DNA from: a virus
Taxonomy: Duplodnaviria > Heunggongvirae > Uroviricota > Caudoviricetes
Reading direction: 5' to 3' (one strand)
Length of the DNA: 64,000 bases
Virus record (IMG/VR): IMGVR_UViG_3300017565_000001
Coordinates: 301,741 to 365,740 of that record
Every line of letters starts with the position of its first letter. Position 1 is the stretch's first letter. The notes below the pieces were generated by a model. That model worked only from the letters and a program-made list of their open reading frames with translations. It made no database searches and was not told where the DNA came from. A program made the translations under genes and the position numbers. Below, piece after piece: positions 1 to 7,721 of the stretch.

Positions 1-1362
1 ATGCTGGTTGTTGGTGGCACCGTAAACGGTATGACACTGTGGGCTCTGAACACAGCCAATCCTATCGTTGTTGGTACAACTGATCTGGCTTTCACCCAGG
101 TTGGTGGTAGTTCAGGTGGTGGTGAAGTTATCACTGCTGGTAATGGTTTGCAGAAGGTTGAGTCTGAACTGTCCGTTAAACTTGACGGCGCAACTTTGGC
201 CGTTGGTGTTGACGGTCTGAAGGTTGCTGATGATATCATTGCTGATATCACTACAGCACAGAGTGACATTTCCGCAGCACAGGGTGATATTTCCACTCTG
301 CAGACTGACCTGGGTTCTTTGACTACCCGCGTCACGACTGCTGAAGGTGAAATTGATGATTTGCAAACGGCTGTCGCCGCCCTTGACAGCACACAAATCG
401 CATCAGCTGACGGTTTCACTAAGGTTGATACAGATGCGGTTGCCGGTCAAGTAACTGTTGATGTTTCTACTGGCACAGCCGCTTCGCGCATTGCCACATT
501 TAAGTCTGGGGCAGGTGCCACGACTGGCGTTATTTTTGATAACGTCGTTGAAGCCGACACGATCGTGTTCCAGGCTGATGGTACTGGTGATGACGTAAGC
601 ATTCACATCGCCCCTAAGGGTGCTGGTGAAGTCGTTATTGGTGAATCAGGCGTTCCTGGTGTAGTACAAGCCGATGATGGCCAATCCCTGACTCTGGCTG
701 GTGGTGACAATGCTGCTGGTTCTGGTGGTGACTTGATCCTGCGTGCAGGTTCCGGTTCAACAACAGATGGCGCAGTTATCATCGCCTCACCAAGCGAAGT
801 TCCGGTTGCTCGTTTTACTGGCGCTACTGACTCGACCGCCGCTCTGGATGTTGTTGCTGGTACGACCGATGTCACCGTTTCTGCAGCTGGTGACGAAGCT
901 AATATCGACTTGATCCTGGCTGGTAAGGGAACTGGTACGGTTGCTTTGAACTTCAGCAAGCTGACACAAGTTGCTGATCCAACAACCGCACAAGACGCTG
1001 CCACCAAGAACTACGTTGACAACGCAGTCAGCACTGGTGCTTCCAAAGTTGGTTCGATTCAAACCCGCACTGTTACTCTGGCGCAAGCCACTGCTAACGT
1101 GGCCGGTGTTGTTAAGGGTCGCGTTCGTCGTGTAATGATCAATGTGACAACTGCCTACTCGGCCGGCGCCACATTCACGATCGGTACAAGCACAACGGCT
1201 GATCAGGTTGTGGCCGCTGTTGATTTTGACGAATCAGCTATCGGCACATACGAAATCACCACCAATGTTGATTATGCTGTTGATACACAATTGGTAGTGA
1301 CTGTGAACGGTACGCCATCTGTTGGTGCTGCCACAATCGTTATCGAGTACGTTCAGGCCTAA
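1..1362 (+). CDS. Virion structural / tail fibre-like protein (probably 5' truncated by window)
   Basis: Gly/Ala/Thr/Val-rich beta-repeat sequence, coiled-coil segment (ADITTAQSDISAAQGDISTLQ), DPTTAQDAATKNYVD motif typical of phage fibre/adhesin proteins. Confidence 0.65.
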   Translation: MLVVGGTVNGMTLWALNTANPIVVGTTDLAFTQVGGSSGGGEVITAGNGLQKVESELSVKLDGATLAVGVDGLKVADDIIADITTAQSDISAAQGDISTLQTDLGSLTTRVTTAEGEIDDLQTAVAALDSTQIASADGFTKVDTDAVAGQVTVDVSTGTAASRIATFKSGAGATTGVIFDNVVEADTIVFQADGTGDDVSIHIAPKGAGEVVIGESGVPGVVQADDGQSLTLAGGDNAAGSGGDLILRAGSGSTTDGAVIIASPSEVPVARFTGATDSTAALDVVAGTTDVTVSAAGDEANIDLILAGKGTGTVALNFSKLTQVADPTTAQDAATKNYVDNAVSTGASKVGSIQTRTVTLAQATANVAGVVKGRVRRVMINVTTAYSAGATFTIGTSTTADQVVAAVDFDESAIGTYEITTNVDYAVDTQLVVTVNGTPSVGAATIVIEYVQA

Positions 1363-1374
1363 TAGCTTGATCTG

Positions 1375-1404
1375 ATGAAGCCGGGGAAAACTCCCCGGCT
1401 TCAT
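1375..1404 (+). terminator. Stem-loop after virion gene
   Basis: ATGAAGCCGGGGA-AAAC-TCCCCGGCTTCAT, 13-bp stem; no long U tract. Confidence 0.6.
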
Positions 1405-1429
1405 GCCATGCATGGTTCATCTACCATTC

Positions 1430-1437
1430 TATAAATA
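1430..1437 (+). promoter_or_regulatory. T4-type late promoter
   Basis: Exact TATAAATA just upstream of holin. Confidence 0.75.
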
Positions 1438-1446
1438 CATAATCAA

Positions 1447-1830
1447 ATGAGGTCATTTAAAATGGCACGAGAACGTTCTGAAACCTGGTATACTAAATCA
1501 TGGCGGCCCTTTGCCGCCTACGTGTACCTATTCATCTGCCTGAATGACTTCGTAGGTATGCCAATATATTACGAATATTCTAAGCGAATCCAAGAAACCC
1601 AATACGTGGAAATGGCTTTGAAATTCCCAGAAGGAGTTTCACAGATCGAGGCTTTGAAAGCCCTACAGCGAAGCCAGAGCTGGGAGCCGTTGACGCTTCA
1701 GGCTACTGGATTGTTTCACATTGCCTTTGGTGCAATTCTGGGTGTTTCTGCTTGGACTCGTGCCCGTGATAAATGGGATGATAGACCTGATGGTCGTGGA
1801 CGCACCGATCGAGACGAGAATCAACAATGA
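1447..1830 (+). CDS. Holin (3TM / GTA-holin-like family)
   Basis: WRPFAAYVYLFICLNDF and WEPLTLQATGLFHIAFGAILGVSAWTR hydrophobic motifs, charged C-tail, late promoter upstream. Confidence 0.65.
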   Translation: MRSFKMARERSETWYTKSWRPFAAYVYLFICLNDFVGMPIYYEYSKRIQETQYVEMALKFPEGVSQIEALKALQRSQSWEPLTLQATGLFHIAFGAILGVSAWTRARDKWDDRPDGRGRTDRDENQQ

Positions 1831-2465
1831 GAAAACAAGCCAATATTCCAATTTACGTGAAGTTGACTAGCCAAGAACATCTTGGTATCAAGGCAGCTAG
1901 AGAATGGTATCGTTTAATTCTGAAGGTTCTTCCATCCGGTTTGCCATCATATATCTCTTCAATGGATTCGCAAGGAAATATTGAAGAAACTCGCTTAGTT
2001 CGCCGTAATATTGATGACGGCACTGAACTGATTGTTCCGTTGAACCGAGATCTCGTTCCCACCGAATTGAAGGCATTGGCCGATGCTTGGCGGGAAATTT
2101 CCCCACCCGGTCAATACTCGATCTCCACAAATCCCACCCAGGATCAAAAGCTGAACCAAGCTGTGACTGGTCTCAAGATTGAACAAGACGAGTATCAGAG
2201 TCTATGCCTACAGATGGCTAAAGTTCAACATGAAGGTTGGATGCGTGATAAAGCCAAACAAGGTTGGCGCTACGGGCCAGTCCTGAGCATCAGCGAAAAA
2301 ACCCACCCCATGATGCGTCCCTGGGATGACCTCCCAGCTCAATACAAGGACGTTGACACTAACAATCCAGAAAACTTCCTGAATTTCCTGAACAACCAAG
2401 GATACGCGGTTGTTCGCCAGGAAGAACTTGGTGCCTTGTTGAAAGTTCTGCGCAATATCAAATAA
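1827..2465 (+). CDS. RyR-domain protein
   Basis: C-terminal AKVQHEGWMRDKAKQGWRYG...KTHPMMRPWDDLP matches RyR repeat pattern. Confidence 0.7.
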   Translation: MRKQANIPIYVKLTSQEHLGIKAAREWYRLILKVLPSGLPSYISSMDSQGNIEETRLVRRNIDDGTELIVPLNRDLVPTELKALADAWREISPPGQYSISTNPTQDQKLNQAVTGLKIEQDEYQSLCLQMAKVQHEGWMRDKAKQGWRYGPVLSISEKTHPMMRPWDDLPAQYKDVDTNNPENFLNFLNNQGYAVVRQEELGALLKVLRNIK

Positions 2466-2471
2466 AGGTGC

Positions 2472-2500
2472 TTGACTCCAAGTGAAACCATGTTTATCAT
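2472..2500 (+). promoter_or_regulatory. sigma70-like early promoter
   Basis: TTGACT-17nt-TATCAT. Confidence 0.7.
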
Positions 2501-2530
2501 TTGATATACAGAAGATCACAAGGAGCCAAT

Positions 2531-2716
2531 ATGAATGTCCGTGAACTCAAAGATTTACTGGACCAATTTCCTGATGACATGCCTCTTGAGATCGAAGATC
2601 AGCAAACGTCCAAGCAATTCGAACTGATCGAAGTTGATCAAGGCATGCATCGTGATCCATACGATCAGGACTGGGATCATTCGGTGGTGAAGATCACCAT
2701 AAAGACCAAAGACTAA
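2531..2716 (+). CDS. Hypothetical small early protein
   Basis: AGGAG SD, MNVRELKDLLDQFPDDM start typical of small phage proteins. Confidence 0.7.
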   Translation: MNVRELKDLLDQFPDDMPLEIEDQQTSKQFELIEVDQGMHRDPYDQDWDHSVVKITIKTKD

Positions 2717-2729
2717 ATGACAGCAACTC

Positions 2730-2761
2730 AAAACCTGGTGAAAATATTTTCACCAGGTTTT
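2730..2761. repeat. Perfect 32-bp palindrome (terminator/cruciform)
   Basis: AAAACCTGGTGAAAAT|ATTTTCACCAGGTTTT. Confidence 0.8.
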
Positions 2762-2771
2762 CATCCATGTG

Positions 2772-2800
2772 TTGACCTCGTAGCCAAATGAACTTATTAT
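2772..2800 (+). promoter_or_regulatory. sigma70-like early promoter
   Basis: TTGACC-17nt-TATTAT. Confidence 0.7.
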
Positions 2801-2833
2801 ACGAACATGGTAAACGCAACGGAGAAAACGCAA

Positions 2834-3265
2834 ATGTCCAACAACGATAAAGCTGTTCGTGAAGTCAACGCTCATATTGCTCGCGAACTCAATGCTTTGA
2901 TGGGCTATTATCTGGAAAACGGCGTAGAGGGTCTCGAACAAGCCATGCGTGAAATGGCTATCCATGAAATGAACAAGCGCCGCGAACGCATTGCTCGCAA
3001 CAACGCAAAACTCGCCGCTCTGATGAGCCAAGTGACCGATCGCCAAGCCAACTCCATCTACAAAAACGAGGCCAATGGTTACAAGTTCAACCAGGTCATT
3101 TTCAGCAAGCGCAATCCCCGTGGCAATGTAGCAGTCATGCTCGTCAAGGAACAGGTTTACAACGAGATGACCGGTCGTATGGGCAAGAAAACCATGGTCG
3201 TTTACAGTGACGGTCACGTTGACTCCACTTTCGACAAGTCTATCCAAATCAGCAAAGACCTGTAA
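2834..3265 (+). CDS. Hypothetical early protein
   Basis: GGAG SD before ATG 2834; host-like codon usage. Confidence 0.7.
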   Translation: MSNNDKAVREVNAHIARELNALMGYYLENGVEGLEQAMREMAIHEMNKRRERIARNNAKLAALMSQVTDRQANSIYKNEANGYKFNQVIFSKRNPRGNVAVMLVKEQVYNEMTGRMGKKTMVVYSDGHVDSTFDKSIQISKDL

Positions 3266-3274
3266 GGAGGCCAG

Positions 3275-3442
3275 ATGTCAGTACGCAAGCAGAAAGAAAA
3301 GCTTAACAAGATTGACCGCAACCTGGAGATGTTGGATGAGGCTCGTAAATCCCTGCCAGTGGGTGCCCCTCTGGGCGAAGTTATTCGCCACTATCGTGAA
3401 CAGCGGATTGCCGCCGCCAACAAGATTGGACGCAAGAAGTAA
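3275..3442 (+). CDS. Small basic protein, 55 aa (not in ORF track)
   Basis: TAAGGAGG SD; MSVRKQKEKLNKIDRNLEMLDEARKSLPVGAPLGEVIRHYREQRIAAANKIGRKK. Confidence 0.75.
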   Translation: MSVRKQKEKLNKIDRNLEMLDEARKSLPVGAPLGEVIRHYREQRIAAANKIGRKK

Positions 3443-3455
3443 CTGCTGTCCGTAA

Positions 3456-3484
3456 TTGACTGGCAGCTCATTTGAGTGTAGATT
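3456..3484 (+). promoter_or_regulatory. sigma70-like promoter
   Basis: TTGACT-17nt-TAGATT upstream of ligase. Confidence 0.6.
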
Positions 3485-3516
3485 GATGCGTCTTAATAAC
3501 AATGGGAGATGCATTA

Positions 3517-4890
3517 ATGTCCACAGTCGACATCATCCGTGCCCTTGCGGCTACTAATAGCCGTACGGACAAGGAACAAATTCTCCTTGACGCTTGGATG
3601 AATGGTGAGCGGGATCTGTTCAAAGGTGGCCAGCTCGCCTACGACATCCTGATGCCCTTCAACGTCAAGAAAGTCGCCGAGATCGAATCCGAAGACGGCG
3701 ACTTGTTCGAACCCACATTCACGTTCCAGAATTTTCTGGATCTCGCCAACAAACTTCACACTCGTCAAATCACAGGCAATGCTGCTCGCGATGCCATCCA
3801 TGCGGCGGCCGGCTCATGTGATGCGGTTGTCTGGAATGAATTCTACCGCCGCGTCCTGCTCAAGGATCTCCGCGCTGGTGTGACCGATACCACATTCAAC
3901 AAAGTTCTTGGCAAGCTTGCCAAGAGCGACAGTACGGCCAATGACTATCTGGTTCCCGTGTTCAGCTGTCAGCTGGCCAAGGACGGAGCTGACGAAGCCA
4001 ACGCCAAGAAGGTTGCTGGCGTCAAGATGCTTGACATCAAGCTGGACGGTGTGCGGCTGCTGACCTTCGTGGACAAGGAAGCGCGGACGGTCACGCAATA
4101 CACTCGCAACGGTAAGGTGAACGACAACTTCACCCACATCCGTGGCATTTTTGAAGCCATCATGGACGAACTTCCGTGCAGCATGGTCTTCGACGGTGAA
4201 ATCACTGGCAAGAACTTCCAGGAGCTTATGACCCAAGTCAACCGTTCCGAAAAGGTCGCCACTGAAGACACCAAGCTGGCTCTGTTCGACATGCTGCCCG
4301 TGGCTGACTTCAAAGCCGGCAGGTGCAAGATGCCCCAGAAGGATCGCCACACCGCAATGGTGGGGTTCTTCAACTCGTCGCAAGCAATCATGGGTACTCT
4401 GCAATACGGCAAAGCCGTGTATGTGGTACCCAAGCTGACGGTTGATCTGCGCACTCCTGAGGGCCAGAAAGCATTCAAGGAATTCAACCGGGAGGCAGTT
4501 GAAGCCGGCTATGAAGGCATCATGGTCAAGGACCCCGAGGCCCCATACGAAACCAAGCGCACGTTTGCCTGGTTGAAGATCAAGCCCTTCATTGAAATCA
4601 GCCTGAAGATCGTGGGCTGGGAAGAAGGAACGGGTAAGAACGTTGGTAAGCTGGGTGCGTGGATCATGGAAGGTACGGACGACGACAAGTTCATCCGTAC
4701 CAACTGCGGTGGTGGCTTCTCGGACAAGGAGCGTGAAGAGTTCTGGCGCGACCGTGAAAAGTACATGGGTTTCATCGGTGAAGTACGCTGCGACGTGCTG
4801 ACGCTTGAGCGCAACAGCACGGACGTATGGTCTGCTCGTTTTCCGCGTTGGAAGGGCTTTCGTGGGACTGAGCCGGGTGAAAAGCTGTAA
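3517..4890 (+). CDS. lig: ATP-dependent DNA ligase
   Basis: Motif I KLDGVR, FDGEI, EGIMVKD, WLKIK, OB-fold RFP. Confidence 0.95.
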   Translation: MSTVDIIRALAATNSRTDKEQILLDAWMNGERDLFKGGQLAYDILMPFNVKKVAEIESEDGDLFEPTFTFQNFLDLANKLHTRQITGNAARDAIHAAAGSCDAVVWNEFYRRVLLKDLRAGVTDTTFNKVLGKLAKSDSTANDYLVPVFSCQLAKDGADEANAKKVAGVKMLDIKLDGVRLLTFVDKEARTVTQYTRNGKVNDNFTHIRGIFEAIMDELPCSMVFDGEITGKNFQELMTQVNRSEKVATEDTKLALFDMLPVADFKAGRCKMPQKDRHTAMVGFFNSSQAIMGTLQYGKAVYVVPKLTVDLRTPEGQKAFKEFNREAVEAGYEGIMVKDPEAPYETKRTFAWLKIKPFIEISLKIVGWEEGTGKNVGKLGAWIMEGTDDDKFIRTNCGGGFSDKEREEFWRDREKYMGFIGEVRCDVLTLERNSTDVWSARFPRWKGFRGTEPGEKL

Positions 4891-4903
4891 AGTCTGATCC
4901 CTT

Positions 4904-4931
4904 GATGATGGGCCCATATGGGCCCATCATC
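4904..4931. repeat. Perfect 28-bp palindrome
   Basis: GATGATGGGCCCAT|ATGGGCCCATCATC, containing two tandem copies of palindrome ATGGGCCCAT. Confidence 0.8.
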
Positions 4932-4942
4932 GCGATATAAGG

Positions 4943-5317
4943 ATGCCACATCATATGTTAACGCTCGTTCCGCCAGGCCACGCCCCAAGAGTACCAAACG
5001 ATTGGGTATGCTTTGAATTTCTATTCATTGAAGCATTCTTTTCGAGTTCAAATGATCGGTGCGGGCATGGGCGCGGTCCGGTTTTCGATGAAATTGTCCA
5101 AATACTAAGTGATCATAGTTCTGAAGGCTACTACAAAGTATATCAACGTGACACTGAAGTGAGTATTGAACATCTCGGACAAATCCACAAGTCATTTACT
5201 ATGATGCCGCTTTGGTATATACAAGTCATGGTCTCACCAGAAATGATGATGATTATAAAAATGCTGTCGACGCACGCCGACAAACTAAAGAGCACAGAGT
5301 TCAAATGGGAAGATTAA
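4943..5317 (+). CDS. Hypothetical protein
   Basis: ORF filling gap, overlaps next start. Confidence 0.55.
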   Translation: MPHHMLTLVPPGHAPRVPNDWVCFEFLFIEAFFSSSNDRCGHGRGPVFDEIVQILSDHSSEGYYKVYQRDTEVSIEHLGQIHKSFTMMPLWYIQVMVSPEMMMIIKMLSTHADKLKSTEFKWED

Positions 5318-5805
5318 TTACACTTCAGATGGCAAAAGAAGGATTGGGATCGGGATGGTATTCAGAAGGATCCAACAACCTAGTCCTGCCATGTCCTGAA
5401 TATCAACATGCTGTTCATATTGCTAAGGATGCCCTTGATGGGCATCGCATAGCCATCCGCAAATGGATTGAACGGAACACTGATGAAACAGTGATACTGA
5501 CTTATCTGGATCTTCGTTACTACTACAACTGGGGCCGTCGATACAGTGATCACGGTTACCAAGTCAGTCATGGATACCATCAATTTTACTTTGAAGAGTC
5601 CACAACCGCGCTTGCTTTTGGCCTCGCATTCACTGATGTCATAACGCACGAGCCCATGCTGTATTCGGAAAACAATGTTCCCCACAGAGAAACCAGATAT
5701 CTGTTGGATGATGGTTCTATCGAAACTCGGGAAGAAACCGAAAACGTATCCGTCGCACACGAACAAGAACGCAAGAGCCGCCTTTACAACCATCGCGGAT
5801 ATTAA
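5305..5805 (+). CDS. Hypothetical protein (FxxxExAxxFxL family)
   Basis: FYFEESTTALAFGL motif; start re-assigned to ATG 5305. Confidence 0.65.
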   Translation: MGRLITLQMAKEGLGSGWYSEGSNNLVLPCPEYQHAVHIAKDALDGHRIAIRKWIERNTDETVILTYLDLRYYYNWGRRYSDHGYQVSHGYHQFYFEESTTALAFGLAFTDVITHEPMLYSENNVPHRETRYLLDDGSIETREETENVSVAHEQERKSRLYNHRGY

Positions 5806-5961
5806 GTACCAGCTAAATACCAACTCACGGAGAGGGTGATCCTCTCCGTCGCCATTTTTGCACTTTGTCACCACCATGTTTATTATGTGATTCTGCTGAT
5901 TAACAGCCACATAACAAACGCGACATTGCTCGCTTCAAATAGGCCTAAGATAAGGCATCAA

Positions 5962-6984
5962 ATGACGGGAAGAATTGGTTTTTGCTGTAGTTGGGTGAGC
6001 TCAACCCAAGATGAGAATGAAGAGCTGCTGATGAATCAACGCACCACGACTATTACGTCGTTGAGTAAGTTGGGTACTATCAAAGCAACTGACAAGCTTC
6101 TGAAGCTAGTCAGAAACAACATGGATACGTTGGAACGCGCGGTTGAATGGGTGGGTAACCTCCCAGAAGGTCAGCGTATGTTTCGTATCGGTTCCGAAAT
6201 CCTACCAGCATATACACATGAAGTAGCAGAAGCCATATATCTGGAACCTGTTATGCGTGATGCTATGGAGACAGGTTTTGCTAAGATCGGACAAGTCGCC
6301 AGAGAATACGATGTTCGTCTATCCTTCCACCCAGGACAATACTGCCTATTGAATACCCTGAACCCTGTCGCAAAGATTCGCGCCATCAAAGAATTCGAAT
6401 ATCACGTCGACATGATGCGCATGATGGGCTACACAGGTGGATGGCATCCACATGGTGCCGCAATTAATATCCACGTTGGAAGTAGGGCTGGCGGTGTTGA
6501 TGGCTTCATCGAAGGTTTGAAAGAACTCTCGACTGAAGGTCAAAACCTGATCACTGTTGAGAATGACGAATATTCGTTTGGTCTTGATAGCATGGAGCCC
6601 ATTGCTGAACATTGCCCAATCGTTCTGGATATTCATCATGAATGGGTTTTCAGTGGTGGTGAATACATTCAACCTGATGATCCCAGGATCCAATATGTGA
6701 AGGATTCGTGGAGGGGAGTTAGGCCCTTGGGTCATTACAGCCTTAGCCGCGAGACCGTCCTCAGGGGCGCACCAACAGACGTTCAACCCGACTTTGATGC
6801 CTTGAGACTAAAGGGATTCAGCCTGCGCGATCTACGGGCCCATTCCGAAATGTGTTGGAACACTGCTTGTAATGACTGGGCAATTTCTCATCTGGATTGG
6901 ATGGACATTGAGGTTGAAGCCAAACAAAAGAACCTGGCTAGTGAACAACTTTATCAACAATGGCAAGCAAGCAAGAAAAACTGA
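5962..6984 (+). CDS. uvsE: UV-damage endonuclease (UvsE/UVDE)
   Basis: RIGFCC, FRIGSEILP, RLSFHPGQY, INIHVG, ITVENDE, LDIHH, HS, EAKQK motifs; start re-assigned to ATG 5962. Confidence 0.9.
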   Translation: MTGRIGFCCSWVSSTQDENEELLMNQRTTTITSLSKLGTIKATDKLLKLVRNNMDTLERAVEWVGNLPEGQRMFRIGSEILPAYTHEVAEAIYLEPVMRDAMETGFAKIGQVAREYDVRLSFHPGQYCLLNTLNPVAKIRAIKEFEYHVDMMRMMGYTGGWHPHGAAINIHVGSRAGGVDGFIEGLKELSTEGQNLITVENDEYSFGLDSMEPIAEHCPIVLDIHHEWVFSGGEYIQPDDPRIQYVKDSWRGVRPLGHYSLSRETVLRGAPTDVQPDFDALRLKGFSLRDLRAHSEMCWNTACNDWAISHLDWMDIEVEAKQKNLASEQLYQQWQASKKN

Positions 6985-6992
6985 TTTCTATT

Positions 6993-7021
6993 TTGACGCA
7001 GTAAACCACAAAACATACCAT
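6993..7021 (+). promoter_or_regulatory. sigma70-like promoter
   Basis: TTGACG-17nt-TACCAT. Confidence 0.55.
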
Positions 7022-7051
7022 ATACTCACTAACTTGGAGAAGAGACAGAAA

Positions 7052-7309
7052 ATGTCCGACAACAACACCATCAATCTCGACAAAGACAAACTCAAGGAAA
7101 CCATCGAAAAGGGCCTGCGTCTGCAACAAGAAATCGCCGATCTGCGCGAAGACTTGAAGGCAATGGTTACCGAAGCCGCTCAACTGGTCAATGTCAAGCC
7201 CGCTATCCTGAACAAGGCCATCCGTGTCGCGTTCAAGAGCTCGCTGAGCAAGCAACGCGAAGATATCGAAACTCTGGAAGAAATTCTGGAAGCTGCTGGT
7301 CGCGGTTAA
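7052..7309 (+). CDS. dsDNA-binding protein, T4 DsbA/GapR-like
   Basis: 85 aa coiled helix LQQEIADLREDLK...KPAILNKAIRVAFK; GGAG SD. Confidence 0.65.
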   Translation: MSDNNTINLDKDKLKETIEKGLRLQQEIADLREDLKAMVTEAAQLVNVKPAILNKAIRVAFKSSLSKQREDIETLEEILEAAGRG

Positions 7310-7358
7310 TTCTTTGGGGAGGGTTCTCCTCCCCAACAGCTAAATCAATAATAAGAAA

Positions 7359-7664
7359 ATGCTGACATTCAAAAGGCCTGCCATCTTTAATGGCATCTTG
7401 GATAACTGGAAACATGATTACAAACATAACCCAGCTATCTTTTGGCTTGAACTAATTGGTACCCTGGGATGTGTTGTGGCCGCAGGCTCGCTTGCTCTAC
7501 TTGCACCCCACCCCAATTTGATTCTGACATATTGCGCGTACCTTGTTGGTAGCACATCATTGTCAATCAGTAGCTACATGCGAAACAACGGTTTCTGGTT
7601 GCTATTGAATATGTTCTTTGCCATTGTCGATATTATCGGCTTGACAAAGACACTAATGGCTTAA
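7359..7664 (+). CDS. Small membrane protein
   Basis: Three hydrophobic segments. Confidence 0.65.
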   Translation: MLTFKRPAIFNGILDNWKHDYKHNPAIFWLELIGTLGCVVAAGSLALLAPHPNLILTYCAYLVGSTSLSISSYMRNNGFWLLLNMFFAIVDIIGLTKTLMA

Positions 7665-7721
7665 TTAAGAGCCATACTCGGAAAGGTCTGCCGGCCAGAA
7701 ACGGCATTCGGAGGAAGTAAC

